The position numbers and the translations under genes were made by a program. Source: a virus. From it: a stretch of DNA of 64,000 nucleotides. Numbering within the stretch: the first letter of the stretch is position 1; the number at the start of each line of letters is the position of its first letter. The notes beneath the pieces were generated by a model. That model had not been told where the DNA came from. It did no database searches and worked only from the letters and a program-made list of their open reading frames with translations. The DNA is taken from IMG/VR virus record IMGVR_UViG_3300044960_000439; one strand, written 5' to 3'. Below, piece by piece: positions 19,880 to 29,321 of the stretch.

Positions 19880-20713
19880 ATGGATAAAAGTTCTCTAAAA
19901 AATGTAGTAGTTGTTTCCGATATACATGCTGGCTGTCAAACAGGCTTGTATCCGTGTGATAAGAAATTAAAGTTAGATGAAGGTGGTGTATATTCACCTT
20001 CTCCTTTTCAAAGGAAATTATGGCAGCATTGGGTAGAATTTTGGAATGACTTTATTCCATCTATTCTAGAAAAGCAGGATTATGCTGTAGTATTCAATGG
20101 AGATGCTTTAGATGGAGTTCATCATGGTTCTGTAACTCAAGTAACACATAATTTAAATGATCAAATAAAAATTGCATATAATATATTAAAGCCAGTAGTA
20201 GATAAAGCTAAGGGTAATTATTATCACATCCGTGGTACAGAAGCTCACTCTGGTAAAAGCGGTCAATATGAAGAATTACTAGCAACTATGTTAAATGCTG
20301 TCCCTACTCAGAGGGGCCAATATGCTAGAAATGAACTTTGGTTAAAAGTAGGTGACGGAGTTATTCATTTCCTTCATCATATTGGTACTACATCTAGCGT
20401 TTCTTACGAATCTACGGCACTGATGAAAGAATTATCTGAATGCTTCGTAGAGGCAGCTAGATGGAATAGAAAACCTCCAAGTTTAATTGTAAGATCACAT
20501 AGGCATAGATTCTGTGAAGTTGCTATTCCTAGTAAGTATGGTAAAGTAAGATGCATAGTTACACCTGCTTGGCAAGGTAAGACGCCCTTTGTATGGAAAG
20601 TAGCTGGGGCTAGATTATCTACGCCAATGGTGGGTGGGATTGTAATAAAGTGGTGTGATATAACTAAGACTTACCTCGTATTCGAGAAGATTTGGTCTGT
20701 AGATGTATCCTAA
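19880..20713 (+). CDS. Calcineurin-like metallophosphoesterase
   Basis: VVSDIHAG, NGDALDG, GTEAH, HHIG, SHRH. Confidence 0.8.
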   Translation: MDKSSLKNVVVVSDIHAGCQTGLYPCDKKLKLDEGGVYSPSPFQRKLWQHWVEFWNDFIPSILEKQDYAVVFNGDALDGVHHGSVTQVTHNLNDQIKIAYNILKPVVDKAKGNYYHIRGTEAHSGKSGQYEELLATMLNAVPTQRGQYARNELWLKVGDGVIHFLHHIGTTSSVSYESTALMKELSECFVEAARWNRKPPSLIVRSHRHRFCEVAIPSKYGKVRCIVTPAWQGKTPFVWKVAGARLSTPMVGGIVIKWCDITKTYLVFEKIWSVDVS

Positions 20714-22040
20714 CAAGCCACCAACTTACTCTCTTTCTGATGTAACTATAGTCATTAACTTCTTTTATAGATTAGATTTACTGAAAGAATGTATTAGAAG
20801 GATTAGATCAAATCATCCAAGTATTAAAATAATAGTATTTAATAGATCTGGATTAGAATTATTAAAAGTATATCCTGACGCCAAAGAAGATTTTGAGTTT
20901 ATCAAACATCATCCTCAAGTTACCCTAATCAACCTTCCTTACAATCATTCTGAAACAAATATCAAGAACTATTTATTACAAGATGTTACTCGTAAAACTC
21001 CTCTCATCTTCTACTGTGATGAATCCATTCATTTTACTCCTAAGAGTAAATTAGATCATTTACTAGACATAATTAACTACCATGATGCTGATGTAGTCAG
21101 CGGCTGTATTGCTGACAGTGATGATTATGTCTATGTCACTACAGCTAATATTACATATGAATTAGATGAGAATAATAATTTCAAGACAATCCATCTAGTA
21201 GACCCATCTGAATTGGTGTTACATGGAAATAAGCATGAAGTTAAGAAAGTGGATTATGTAACAGATTTCTATCTATTTAAAACAGAAATATTAGCTCGAA
21301 CTAAATGGGACGAGAATCTACAACCTCCGTACGATGATATTGAATTCTTTACTAAGCTTAAACAAAGAAAATGTAATGTAGTTGTAACCCCATCTTTTAT
21401 TGTCAGAAAAGAAAATAGAACCAAATACAAGTTATATTATTCAATTACTGATGTATTACCAGAAAAACCTTACTTTCAAGTAGATATAAAAACTAAAGGT
21501 TACAAAACTTATATCCCTCTAGGTAGTTATTTTGAGGAACCAAGGATCGGTCGTCCTGATATTGTAGTATTAACTACAGGATACTCTGGTAGTAGAGTTA
21601 TAGTTAAACTTCTCAGTTTATTAGGCTACAAAATACCAGATTTAGATGATGAATTTCAAGAATCCTCGGCAGTACTGAAATGGGTGTCACATCATGTAAA
21701 ATCGCGTTCGATACGTGGAGACTTACATGAATTAGAATCCATCATATCTACCTGGCCTCGTCCTTGGGTATTTAAGGATCCAAAGATTACGCCTTTTCTT
21801 GAAGATTTAATGTTTATATTTGAAAAGTACAAACCATTATTGATAGTAAATAGAAAACAAGAAGAAGATATAACAAACAGCTGGAAAAATAAGGAAGATG
21901 CCAATTTTACTAAATTTGAGAGATTCAAAGAAAGACTTGAAAGTATCGACAAATTTGCTGCTTATTGGCCCTGGGATAAGATTGAATTATCTTATGAAGA
22001 TATCAGAGATTTCGTAAAGTGGTGGGATAGACCGCTTTAG
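20703..22040 (+). CDS. GT2 glycosyltransferase - sulfotransferase-like fusion
   Basis: GT2-type N-domain (VTIVINFF..HPQVT..IFYCDE); C-domain VVLTTGYSGS..LLSLLG and PWVFKDPK. Confidence 0.72.
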   Translation: MYPNKPPTYSLSDVTIVINFFYRLDLLKECIRRIRSNHPSIKIIVFNRSGLELLKVYPDAKEDFEFIKHHPQVTLINLPYNHSETNIKNYLLQDVTRKTPLIFYCDESIHFTPKSKLDHLLDIINYHDADVVSGCIADSDDYVYVTTANITYELDENNNFKTIHLVDPSELVLHGNKHEVKKVDYVTDFYLFKTEILARTKWDENLQPPYDDIEFFTKLKQRKCNVVVTPSFIVRKENRTKYKLYYSITDVLPEKPYFQVDIKTKGYKTYIPLGSYFEEPRIGRPDIVVLTTGYSGSRVIVKLLSLLGYKIPDLDDEFQESSAVLKWVSHHVKSRSIRGDLHELESIISTWPRPWVFKDPKITPFLEDLMFIFEKYKPLLIVNRKQEEDITNSWKNKEDANFTKFERFKERLESIDKFAAYWPWDKIELSYEDIRDFVKWWDRPL

Positions 22041-22144
22041 ATATCATTTCTTTTTAATTCTATTTTGATATTGAATCTGGCTAGTTTTTAGTAGACAATT
22101 TACTGACATACTGTCAGTGCTAATTCCTTCTAGAGGATAGATTC

Positions 22145-22807
22145 ATGTTAAAGCTAGTCAAAGATTTAGTCTTTTTAGCAGCACTTCTCTATGGTCTTTT
22201 CTGGTTATTCTCTCATGCATTTGAATTAAATTCAAGCAGATTAATACCAGAAACTCCTCCTGGTCCCCCCGATCTTCCTATTATTAAAAATAATAACTAT
22301 GCTACTAGTATGGAGTTACGTCCTGAAGACAGAGCACATTTCAGAAATCCAGATGGTTCCTGCGTGCAATGCTCTATTGGTATGGTAGGAATGCATATCA
22401 ACAAACCTGAATGGACCTACGTATTATGGGATTCTGAGTATGGTCCTGCCCAAAGGGGAGGTTCTGGTCCCTCTAGGGTCGAAAGATATGCTCAGCAACG
22501 TGGTATGAAAATATTTAACGTTACTGGTGATTCCTATGAAGATACTAGACCTTGGATGCTGTGGGCAGCTAAAACTAATAGATTTGCTGCTATCGGAGCT
22601 GGTACAAGACATTTCCAAACGCTCTACGGATACGATCCTAATAGTGAAAGACCTTGGAAGGTATGCAATAACAATTCCACCTGGAAAATAGATAGTTATA
22701 CTGAAGACGAGTTTAGAAGATTACATATGGCTTCTGGTCCTTGGGTAGTAGTACCTAATGAACCAGCAAGTCCTAAAGCACCTGCTGTAGTAGAATGGTG
22801 GAAGTGA
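22145..22807 (+). CDS. Exported or membrane-anchored papain-like (C39-like) cysteine peptidase
   Basis: N-terminal TM segment, NPDGSCVQCS (Cys), RHFQTLYG (His), CNNN (Asn). Confidence 0.6.
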   Translation: MLKLVKDLVFLAALLYGLFWLFSHAFELNSSRLIPETPPGPPDLPIIKNNNYATSMELRPEDRAHFRNPDGSCVQCSIGMVGMHINKPEWTYVLWDSEYGPAQRGGSGPSRVERYAQQRGMKIFNVTGDSYEDTRPWMLWAAKTNRFAAIGAGTRHFQTLYGYDPNSERPWKVCNNNSTWKIDSYTEDEFRRLHMASGPWVVVPNEPASPKAPAVVEWWK

Positions 22808-22855
22808 TAAATTCTACAACTTCATTTATGTTGTTAGTACAGTTACACAATTTTT

Positions 22856-23830
22856 ATGTCCACTTTGCGTGATTTTTATTTTGCATGCCAGAAGAATCTC
22901 AGAAAAGTTTTAATAGATATTTTTTCTGGTACTAGTTCTACACCCAATTTTAGTCAACTCACTATGTGTTCTGTTACTGGTCCTTTAGATGTCGATGAGG
23001 ATGGCAATCCAACCTTTGGAGAGATTGTTGATCAAGCTGGACTGGAAGAAGGTCCAACTAAAATATCATCATGGATAGGCCTCATTAGGTACGTATTTAA
23101 GTTTGATACTTCTGATGAAGAAAGAAGAAGAGCTGGTTATCATATACTAAAACTAGATGATAAAGTAGTTTACGGTTATGATTTATCCGCTCCTCTGGGT
23201 AAGGGTTTTCCGTACTATGTTAGAATAGATGTTTCTATTCATAATTTTATCAACTGTGGCTGGTTTGCATACCCTGTGGGTTATTTATTTGATAAAAAAA
23301 CATATACTGAATATTTTGGAGCAATAGATGGTACCTCAGAACCAGAAACGAAGCGTCCGTGGTGTCCTCCTCCAGGTAGGCTTAACAGTCTAGCATTTAA
23401 GAGTGCGTATAAGAAATATACAGAGGCTATAGCAGATGTTTTTATATCTGGCTCTATATCTTCTTTCTTTAATGAACTTACTATTCACAATAAAAAAAAT
23501 GTAAAGTGTTGGGATTGTATAGATCTTTTTTCCTACTTTTCTGATTATGACTGTTTCGATGTATCAGATGCTGATAAAAAAGTAACAATAAGAAGAGATA
23601 AGGTCGATAAATTTAATATGCGTTGTATAGGACCAATTTTAGGACAAGAAGATAGATGTAGATATATATTTACTGTACCTGGAAATTCCTCAAAATTTAG
23701 ATGGGCTGGATTATTATTTCAGGATATAGCGCATTATATGGATCGATACATTGATCGCAGTAATCTTAATGATGGAGGAAAACCTATAAAGGTAGTCATT
23801 CATTTTAATATTGTTCCAGACATAATCTAA
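22856..23830 (+). CDS. Hypothetical protein, 324 aa
   Basis: ORF track. Confidence 0.7.
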   Translation: MSTLRDFYFACQKNLRKVLIDIFSGTSSTPNFSQLTMCSVTGPLDVDEDGNPTFGEIVDQAGLEEGPTKISSWIGLIRYVFKFDTSDEERRRAGYHILKLDDKVVYGYDLSAPLGKGFPYYVRIDVSIHNFINCGWFAYPVGYLFDKKTYTEYFGAIDGTSEPETKRPWCPPPGRLNSLAFKSAYKKYTEAIADVFISGSISSFFNELTIHNKKNVKCWDCIDLFSYFSDYDCFDVSDADKKVTIRRDKVDKFNMRCIGPILGQEDRCRYIFTVPGNSSKFRWAGLLFQDIAHYMDRYIDRSNLNDGGKPIKVVIHFNIVPDII

Positions 23831-23861
23831 CTATATTTTTATTAATTTATAAATACCTGTT

Positions 23862-24242
23862 ATGCCTAAACAGACACTCCCCCTCCAAGCTAAATTATAT
23901 TGGAAATTAGAGAAGAAAAGTGTTAATCCATCTTTTCTTCCTTTACATAATTTCATTTACAGACTGACTAAAGGAAGATTGGCTCTATTTACAACTATTA
24001 CAGAGGTAATGTACGGTGACGATCAGGGAATAGTGTTGGTCAAACGTAAAGAAGGTGATAAGTTTGTTTATTATTGGCAGAGACAAGTTCCTGATAAGAA
24101 AACATTTCTGGATGAATTAAATATAAATATAAAAGAAGATGATACTGTTGTAGATACATATAGTAGTACTACTAATCAGACCAATGTAACCTTGAATGTC
24201 CATAATAATGGAACTGATGTTACATCTAATCCTCCAACATAA
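23862..24242 (+). CDS. Hypothetical protein
   Basis: ORF track. Confidence 0.6.
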   Translation: MPKQTLPLQAKLYWKLEKKSVNPSFLPLHNFIYRLTKGRLALFTTITEVMYGDDQGIVLVKRKEGDKFVYYWQRQVPDKKTFLDELNINIKEDDTVVDTYSSTTNQTNVTLNVHNNGTDVTSNPPT

Positions 24243-24342
24243 TATAATTAATGACGTTTATTATTAATATTCTTATAATATCCAAGACTTTACTTTTGGG
24301 AGTAAAATAAGCAACTAGTAAACAGTAACTAGGAGAAAAGAA

Positions 24343-24726
24343 ATGCCGCTTACAAATGCTGGAAGAGACTACCTTGCTCAAGTAATATTTTCTAACTTAA
24401 CTAAGTATGATAATGCAAACGCTTATATAGGTGTTGGTGATGGAACGACTGCCTTTGATAAGACTCAAACGGATCTTACAGGAACTAACAAATTCAGAAA
24501 AGGGATGGTTACTGGGTTTCCAAATCAATCTGGGGTCAACCCAAATCAAGTAGTATTTAAATCCTCTTTCGCTACTTCAGATGCAAACTTTACTTGGCAG
24601 GAATATGGAATATTTAATGCAGCTACTGGCGGTACTATGCTTTGTCGTAAGCAAGAGAATATAGGTTCCAAGACCTCACAGCAAGTTTGGGATTTTACTG
24701 TTACATTGACATTTAATAATCCGTAA
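24343..24726 (+). CDS. Phage tail-associated structural protein
   Basis: LTNAGRD..AYIGVGDGTTAF..TQTDL..NKFRKGM..DANFTWQEYGIFNAATGGTML.RKQE..GSKTS, a recognisable tail protein family pattern; AGGAG SD. Confidence 0.8.
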   Translation: MPLTNAGRDYLAQVIFSNLTKYDNANAYIGVGDGTTAFDKTQTDLTGTNKFRKGMVTGFPNQSGVNPNQVVFKSSFATSDANFTWQEYGIFNAATGGTMLCRKQENIGSKTSQQVWDFTVTLTFNNP

Positions 24727-24785
24727 CAGTAATACTCAGTAATTAATATCAAGTTTATCGTATTTCAAGAGGATGACACTTAATT

Positions 24786-25001
24786 ATGTGTAAGTGTGTC
24801 AATTCTGGCTGTACAGAATCTACACTTTCTATCCTAGAGCAGAAGATAGCAACTCTAGAATCTAAAATAAAGAAGCTAGAACAAGCTATTTGTGATATCT
24901 GTACAGCCTTAGATCAAGACTTAGGTAGCAGATCAGATTACACTTATATTAATATACTTGATAAATTTTATGAAAATAACCACAAACTTAAAAACAGTTA
25001 G
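24786..25001 (+). CDS. Small Cys-containing coiled-coil protein
   Basis: ORF track; heptad stretch LEQKIATLESKIKKLEQ. Confidence 0.55.
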   Translation: MCKCVNSGCTESTLSILEQKIATLESKIKKLEQAICDICTALDQDLGSRSDYTYINILDKFYENNHKLKNS

Positions 25002-25022
25002 TGGTTTTAATAGGAGTAAGAA

Positions 25023-25639
25023 ATGTCCCGTGAAGCAATAAGACAGCTTATTCAGCAGCGTCAACTTCAGGTACTCCAGAGGAGATAGCTGCTGCATTAA
25101 ATGCTAAGACAGAAAGTATTCCCAATTCAGAATTAGTTACTAGCACTGGTTTAATACTTAAAATAGGTCCAGATTTAGCTAGACAAGCGTTAGCTGGATT
25201 TAAATTAGCTGCTGATGCAGATCCATTGTTACAATCTCAGTGGGTTAAATTTAATACTACTGGAATTGATTTATCTCATCCAGTGGCTCAGCAGATGATA
25301 CAGCAGCTGACTACTCAAGGAGTATTCAGTGCAGAAGTCAGTGCTGCATTACAAAATATTAGTGTTATTCAGAAATCTCCTGTTGAAATGTTACTAGGTG
25401 ACGGCGTAACAGTAACTGCTGATGATGTAAGTGCTGCTATAGAACCACCTGTTATTACGAATAAACGGCTAATCTTGAATATAGTTGCTACTAGTGATGG
25501 TCGTGTGACCGGCAGTGCAGTATTACAAGAAGCAACGGACCGTGCAGTCGTAAATAGTTATACTCGTAATGATATTGTAAATGCGATCATTGCGAATATC
25601 CGTGATACTGTATTAGCTTACGTACGTGGAGGCCAATAA
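25023..25639 (+). pseudogene. Frameshifted gene (~205 aa when joined)
   Basis: AGGAG SD + ATG 25023 reads MSREAIRQLIQQRQL then stops at 25086. The -1 frame reads SGTPEEIAAALNAKTE.. into ORF 25226..25639 with no start of its own. One extra T at ~25067 (CTT TCA) joins them. Confidence 0.6.
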
Positions 25640-25642
25640 GCT

Positions 25643-25918
25643 ATGGCTTATCGTGCAATAGATTCTTCTGATGAAATCTTATTTGATACTACTGAAATCA
25701 AACATATTTTAGTACCAGTCTTTAAGGATGAAGTGCTATCAATTACTTTACAAGAAGTATCTTATGGAGGAGGGGTAGAACATAAAATAGATGGCGATAG
25801 CTTTGGAATAACAGTACAAGAACAAGTAGAAGTAGTTAAAAAGAATGCCGTCTTTTCTGTTGCTCAAGTTAGATTTAAACTATCCCCTGTATTATTAGTA
25901 TCTGCACACTTCAAATAA
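25643..25918 (+). CDS. Hypothetical (structural-region) protein
   Basis: ORF track. Confidence 0.6.
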   Translation: MAYRAIDSSDEILFDTTEIKHILVPVFKDEVLSITLQEVSYGGGVEHKIDGDSFGITVQEQVEVVKKNAVFSVAQVRFKLSPVLLVSAHFK

Positions 25919-25943
25919 TCACGTATTTTACGGAGTATGACTT

Positions 25944-26837
25944 ATGGTTAGTTCCTTACTTACAAATTTATCTATTCTTAACAATCTTGTGGAAACAGAT
26001 TTGTTTTACATTAGATCTGAAACGTCTTCTCCTAAAGACAGAAGATTAACTTTCAGAATGTTACTTAAGAATATCCTAATGAAGGAAAATAAGAATAGAG
26101 TAGGGTTAACCTGGGAAAAATCAGGAAATAATACAGTTACTTTTTCTTCTGGTATCTTTATTTCTGACGATACTGATATTAATAATAGAATGCTAGGAGT
26201 ATTTAACTCTTCAATGACTAAGCGTATCAATGTTAACTGGGTATCTGGTGATAATCAGGGAATGTTAGATAGTGGTTCTATTTCTAACGATACCTGGTAT
26301 TACTTATGGGCTATTGCTAATTACGATTACACACCAGATATATTAGCTAGCTCTAATACAATACCTTCCTTACCAACTAACTTTATTTACAGAAGGCTTA
26401 TAGGATGCATTAGATATTTAAATGGTCAGTTAGCAGACATGAAAGCAGAATATGAAGGGGATAGAATAGTAGTAAGATATCTGAATCCTAGTCAGTTTCC
26501 TCTAGCTATAGATGCAACACTAGCCAATGCTAATACAATATATTCATTTAATTTAAGTGCTAGTGGAGTACAGGTCATTCCTCCTTTTGCTGGTAGGATG
26601 ACTATAAATTGCAATGTATACTGTAATAATCCTGTTTACTTCACTACAGAAGATGAAACAAATTTAAATGTTAGTACCTCTGCTCCACCCCTAGCTACTT
26701 GTGGGATTCCAAATACTAGTGCTTTTTACAATCTGACTTTGACCTGCAAAAATGCTACCATCAAAGTCACCACCAGTACAGCTAATACTACCCTACGTAT
26801 GTCAATTAATTCTTTCTATTTTCCTAACTTTCAATGA
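25944..26837 (+). CDS. Tail fibre-like protein
   Basis: LDSGSISNDTWYYLWAI..PSLPTNFIYRRLIGCI pattern seen in tail-fibre proteins. Confidence 0.65.
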   Translation: MVSSLLTNLSILNNLVETDLFYIRSETSSPKDRRLTFRMLLKNILMKENKNRVGLTWEKSGNNTVTFSSGIFISDDTDINNRMLGVFNSSMTKRINVNWVSGDNQGMLDSGSISNDTWYYLWAIANYDYTPDILASSNTIPSLPTNFIYRRLIGCIRYLNGQLADMKAEYEGDRIVVRYLNPSQFPLAIDATLANANTIYSFNLSASGVQVIPPFAGRMTINCNVYCNNPVYFTTEDETNLNVSTSAPPLATCGIPNTSAFYNLTLTCKNATIKVTTSTANTTLRMSINSFYFPNFQ

Positions 26838-26859
26838 TTAGCTTCTTAGGAGGCTCCTT

Positions 26860-27993
26860 ATGTTCGTGAAGTGGGCTAATATCTATAGAGATATTCTGTT
26901 TCAATCTGATTACTTTGAAGATCTAATAGAAGCTAAATATGTAAAAGAAATAAAGCATCCTGAATTACCATTAGTATTGTTAGATTATACAAATGAAGCA
27001 CAGTTTTCTAGAAACTGGGATCCTAGACTAAGAATTGCCAGAGGCTTAATTCTAGAAATTAACAGTAAGAATCCTGCTGAAGTAATAAAAATAGTAGCCA
27101 ATCCATTTCCCCGTTTTGCTAATCTCGGTGAGATAAAAGAAACAGAAGTAAATAATCTACCTGATAACTTGTTCATTTCTAATAAGTTAGATGGTTCTTT
27201 AGTTATATGTTGGTATTACAACTATAAGTGGTATTTCTCTACTCGTGGTTCTTTTAAATCTAAACAATCTTTAGATGCATGTCTCTGGTTTAATGAACAT
27301 TTTTCTACTAATAAATTAGATCCTAGCTATACATACCTCTTTGAGTGGATTTCTCCTGACAATAGAATAGTAGTAAATTATGGAGATAGAAAAGAATTAG
27401 TTCTGTTAGCTGTCAGAAAGACAGAATTTGGTGAAGAAATCCATCCATCAGAATTAAAATATTTTGCCAAAGATATTGGGGTTAACTATATTGAATTTAA
27501 TAAATTTAAGTTTGGATTAGATAAGATAGAATTTGGAGAACCTACTAAAGATGAAGGTAGAGTTCTCTATTCACATAGTCCATATCTTAGAGTCAAAGTA
27601 AAATCTCCAGAATATGTAAAGTTACATAAAGATATTACCAATCTCTGCCTTAATAATAGTAAGTGGACTATATTTGACTTAGTTAAGAACAATACCTTAC
27701 ATGAAACTATAAGGTTCTTACCTCAAGAATATAAAGATATGGTTTTAGAAAGAGCCACTGAACTATTAGATTTGTATAATTCTATAATTTCTGAAGCCAA
27801 ATTATTATTGGAAAGGACTAAGCATCTAACGAGTCGCAAAGAAAAAGCGTTGTTAGTTAATGAAATAGCACCTAAAATAAGCGGGGTATTCTTCTCTCTA
27901 TTAGAGAATAGAGAAGAGGAAGCTAAAGTACGTGCTTGGAGAATAGTTGCTAAATATTTAGAAGAGAAAGAGCCTGTATCTGTTCAACAGTAA
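26860..27993 (+). CDS. T4 Rnl1-family RNA ligase
   Basis: ARGLIL, PFPRFANLGE, motif I KLDGSL, STRGSF, FEWISPDNRIVV, EGRV, VKVKSPEY. Confidence 0.9.
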   Translation: MFVKWANIYRDILFQSDYFEDLIEAKYVKEIKHPELPLVLLDYTNEAQFSRNWDPRLRIARGLILEINSKNPAEVIKIVANPFPRFANLGEIKETEVNNLPDNLFISNKLDGSLVICWYYNYKWYFSTRGSFKSKQSLDACLWFNEHFSTNKLDPSYTYLFEWISPDNRIVVNYGDRKELVLLAVRKTEFGEEIHPSELKYFAKDIGVNYIEFNKFKFGLDKIEFGEPTKDEGRVLYSHSPYLRVKVKSPEYVKLHKDITNLCLNNSKWTIFDLVKNNTLHETIRFLPQEYKDMVLERATELLDLYNSIISEAKLLLERTKHLTSRKEKALLVNEIAPKISGVFFSLLENREEEAKVRAWRIVAKYLEEKEPVSVQQ

Positions 27994-29307
27994 ACAACCC
28001 TCAACTAAAGTCGAAGGTTTTATTGTAGGACGTAGCAAGCATGCTTGCCCACATCCCCAACATTAGGCGTGTTTACAGCCGCCCTTGGCAGCGGGGCACC
28101 ACTACCAATCCGGGCAAGGTTTCGACTGGCATTGCAGTCGGCGTGCGCCCGGAGACCACACTGATCACACACGAAACGATGCTTGATGCGCCGCCCCAAC
28201 GCCCCGCAGCAAGAACATGTCTGGCTGGTGTAAGCGGGGTTGGTGTACTCGACCACGATTCCGACGGCCTTGGCCTTGTATTCGACAAAGGTCTGAAGTT
28301 GCCGAAAAGCCCAGCGATTCAGTCTCGCTCTCATGCGCTTACCAGCCTGGATGCTGCTGCGTATGTGGCGCAAGTTTTCCATCACGATCTTGAAAGCACC
28401 AATGCGCAGCGCTTCGGCAACAATCGCTTTGCTCGTTTCGTGGTTGATATGTCTGACACGTCGCCGCTCTCTGCCAGAGACCTGCCTAAGCTTCTGTTTG
28501 GCGCTTTGGCTGCCGTTGGACTGCAAACGACGACGAAGGGCAAGGTATTGATCGCGCTTGTGGCGCAGCTCCCCGCCGCCCCATACCTTGCCAGTGCTGG
28601 TGGCAGCGAGATTGTTTTCTCCGACATCCACCCCCATAACGGGGCCGGATGTCATGGGTTCAGTATCATCAGACTCGACGACGAGGTCGAAATACCATCG
28701 TCCCTTACGACAAACCAACTCGGCTTCTTTGGCTTTGCCCGACGCAAGGATGCGACGCTGGTGCTCTCCAAGCAGCACGGTGATGGTTATGCGGCCGGAA
28801 AGAGTGTAGAGGCTCAAGCGCTCCCCTTTGAAAGAATATGTGCGCTTGTCGAAATGGACGCTCGCGCGTTTGAAACGGATCGCAGGAACTGGGGCGTCCT
28901 TTTTAATGCGACCAAGCTCTTTTTGCGCCTTGTAGGCTTTGCAGACCGAGAAGATGGCATTACAGACCATTTGCGAGCCCAGTGGCGTTTCCTTGCGCAG
29001 CTTGGCATAGGCCAGATGGTGCAGCGCCACGCGGTTCCAGCAGCGGTGCTCCATTACTATTGGCACCAAGCTGTTGCAGGCCTCGGCATAAGCCGACTGC
29101 AACGCCGTCAAGGCCGCCGCTTGGTTAGGATCAACATTGAGGCGAATCGAAGCGGTGCGCAGCATAGTTTATCGCCGCTTGGTGATATGAATAGACGCAA
29201 TTCCTATTGGCAACTATGCCAATCACGTAAAACATTATACATTATATGGTGCGCTTCGCGCGACTTCAATCCTATCGCGATTGAAATCGCGGGTCTCTCT
29301 GTGGAGC
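27990..29307 (-). mobile_element. IS200/IS605-family element, tnpB-only (IS1341-like)
   Basis: Visibly GC-rich island. Left-end hairpin CGCGATTTCAATC..GATTGAAGTCGCG after TTGAC (minus strand). Right end ..CCTTCGACTTTAGTTGAGGGTTGTTTAC. Promoter TTGAAG-17-TATAAT on minus strand. Exact boundaries uncertain by a few nt. Confidence 0.85.
28020..29165 (-). CDS. tnpB: TnpB RNA-guided endonuclease
   Basis: RuvC GVDVGEN / IVMENL / HADCNASRN; Zn finger CSCCG..CDQCG; TSQTC; intact D-E-D. Confidence 0.93.
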   Translation of the reverse strand: MLRTASIRLNVDPNQAAALTALQSAYAEACNSLVPIVMEHRCWNRVALHHLAYAKLRKETPLGSQMVCNAIFSVCKAYKAQKELGRIKKDAPVPAIRFKRASVHFDKRTYSFKGERLSLYTLSGRITITVLLGEHQRRILASGKAKEAELVCRKGRWYFDLVVESDDTEPMTSGPVMGVDVGENNLAATSTGKVWGGGELRHKRDQYLALRRRLQSNGSQSAKQKLRQVSGRERRRVRHINHETSKAIVAEALRIGAFKIVMENLRHIRSSIQAGKRMRARLNRWAFRQLQTFVEYKAKAVGIVVEYTNPAYTSQTCSCCGALGRRIKHRFVCDQCGLRAHADCNASRNLARIGSGAPLPRAAVNTPNVGDVGKHACYVLQ

Positions 29308-29321
29308 GTCAATGATAGTAA

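Noticed and set aside
28041-29315. 424-aa + strand ORF
   Set aside because: Antisense shadow of the GC-rich tnpB; no motifs; tnpB on the minus strand explains the region
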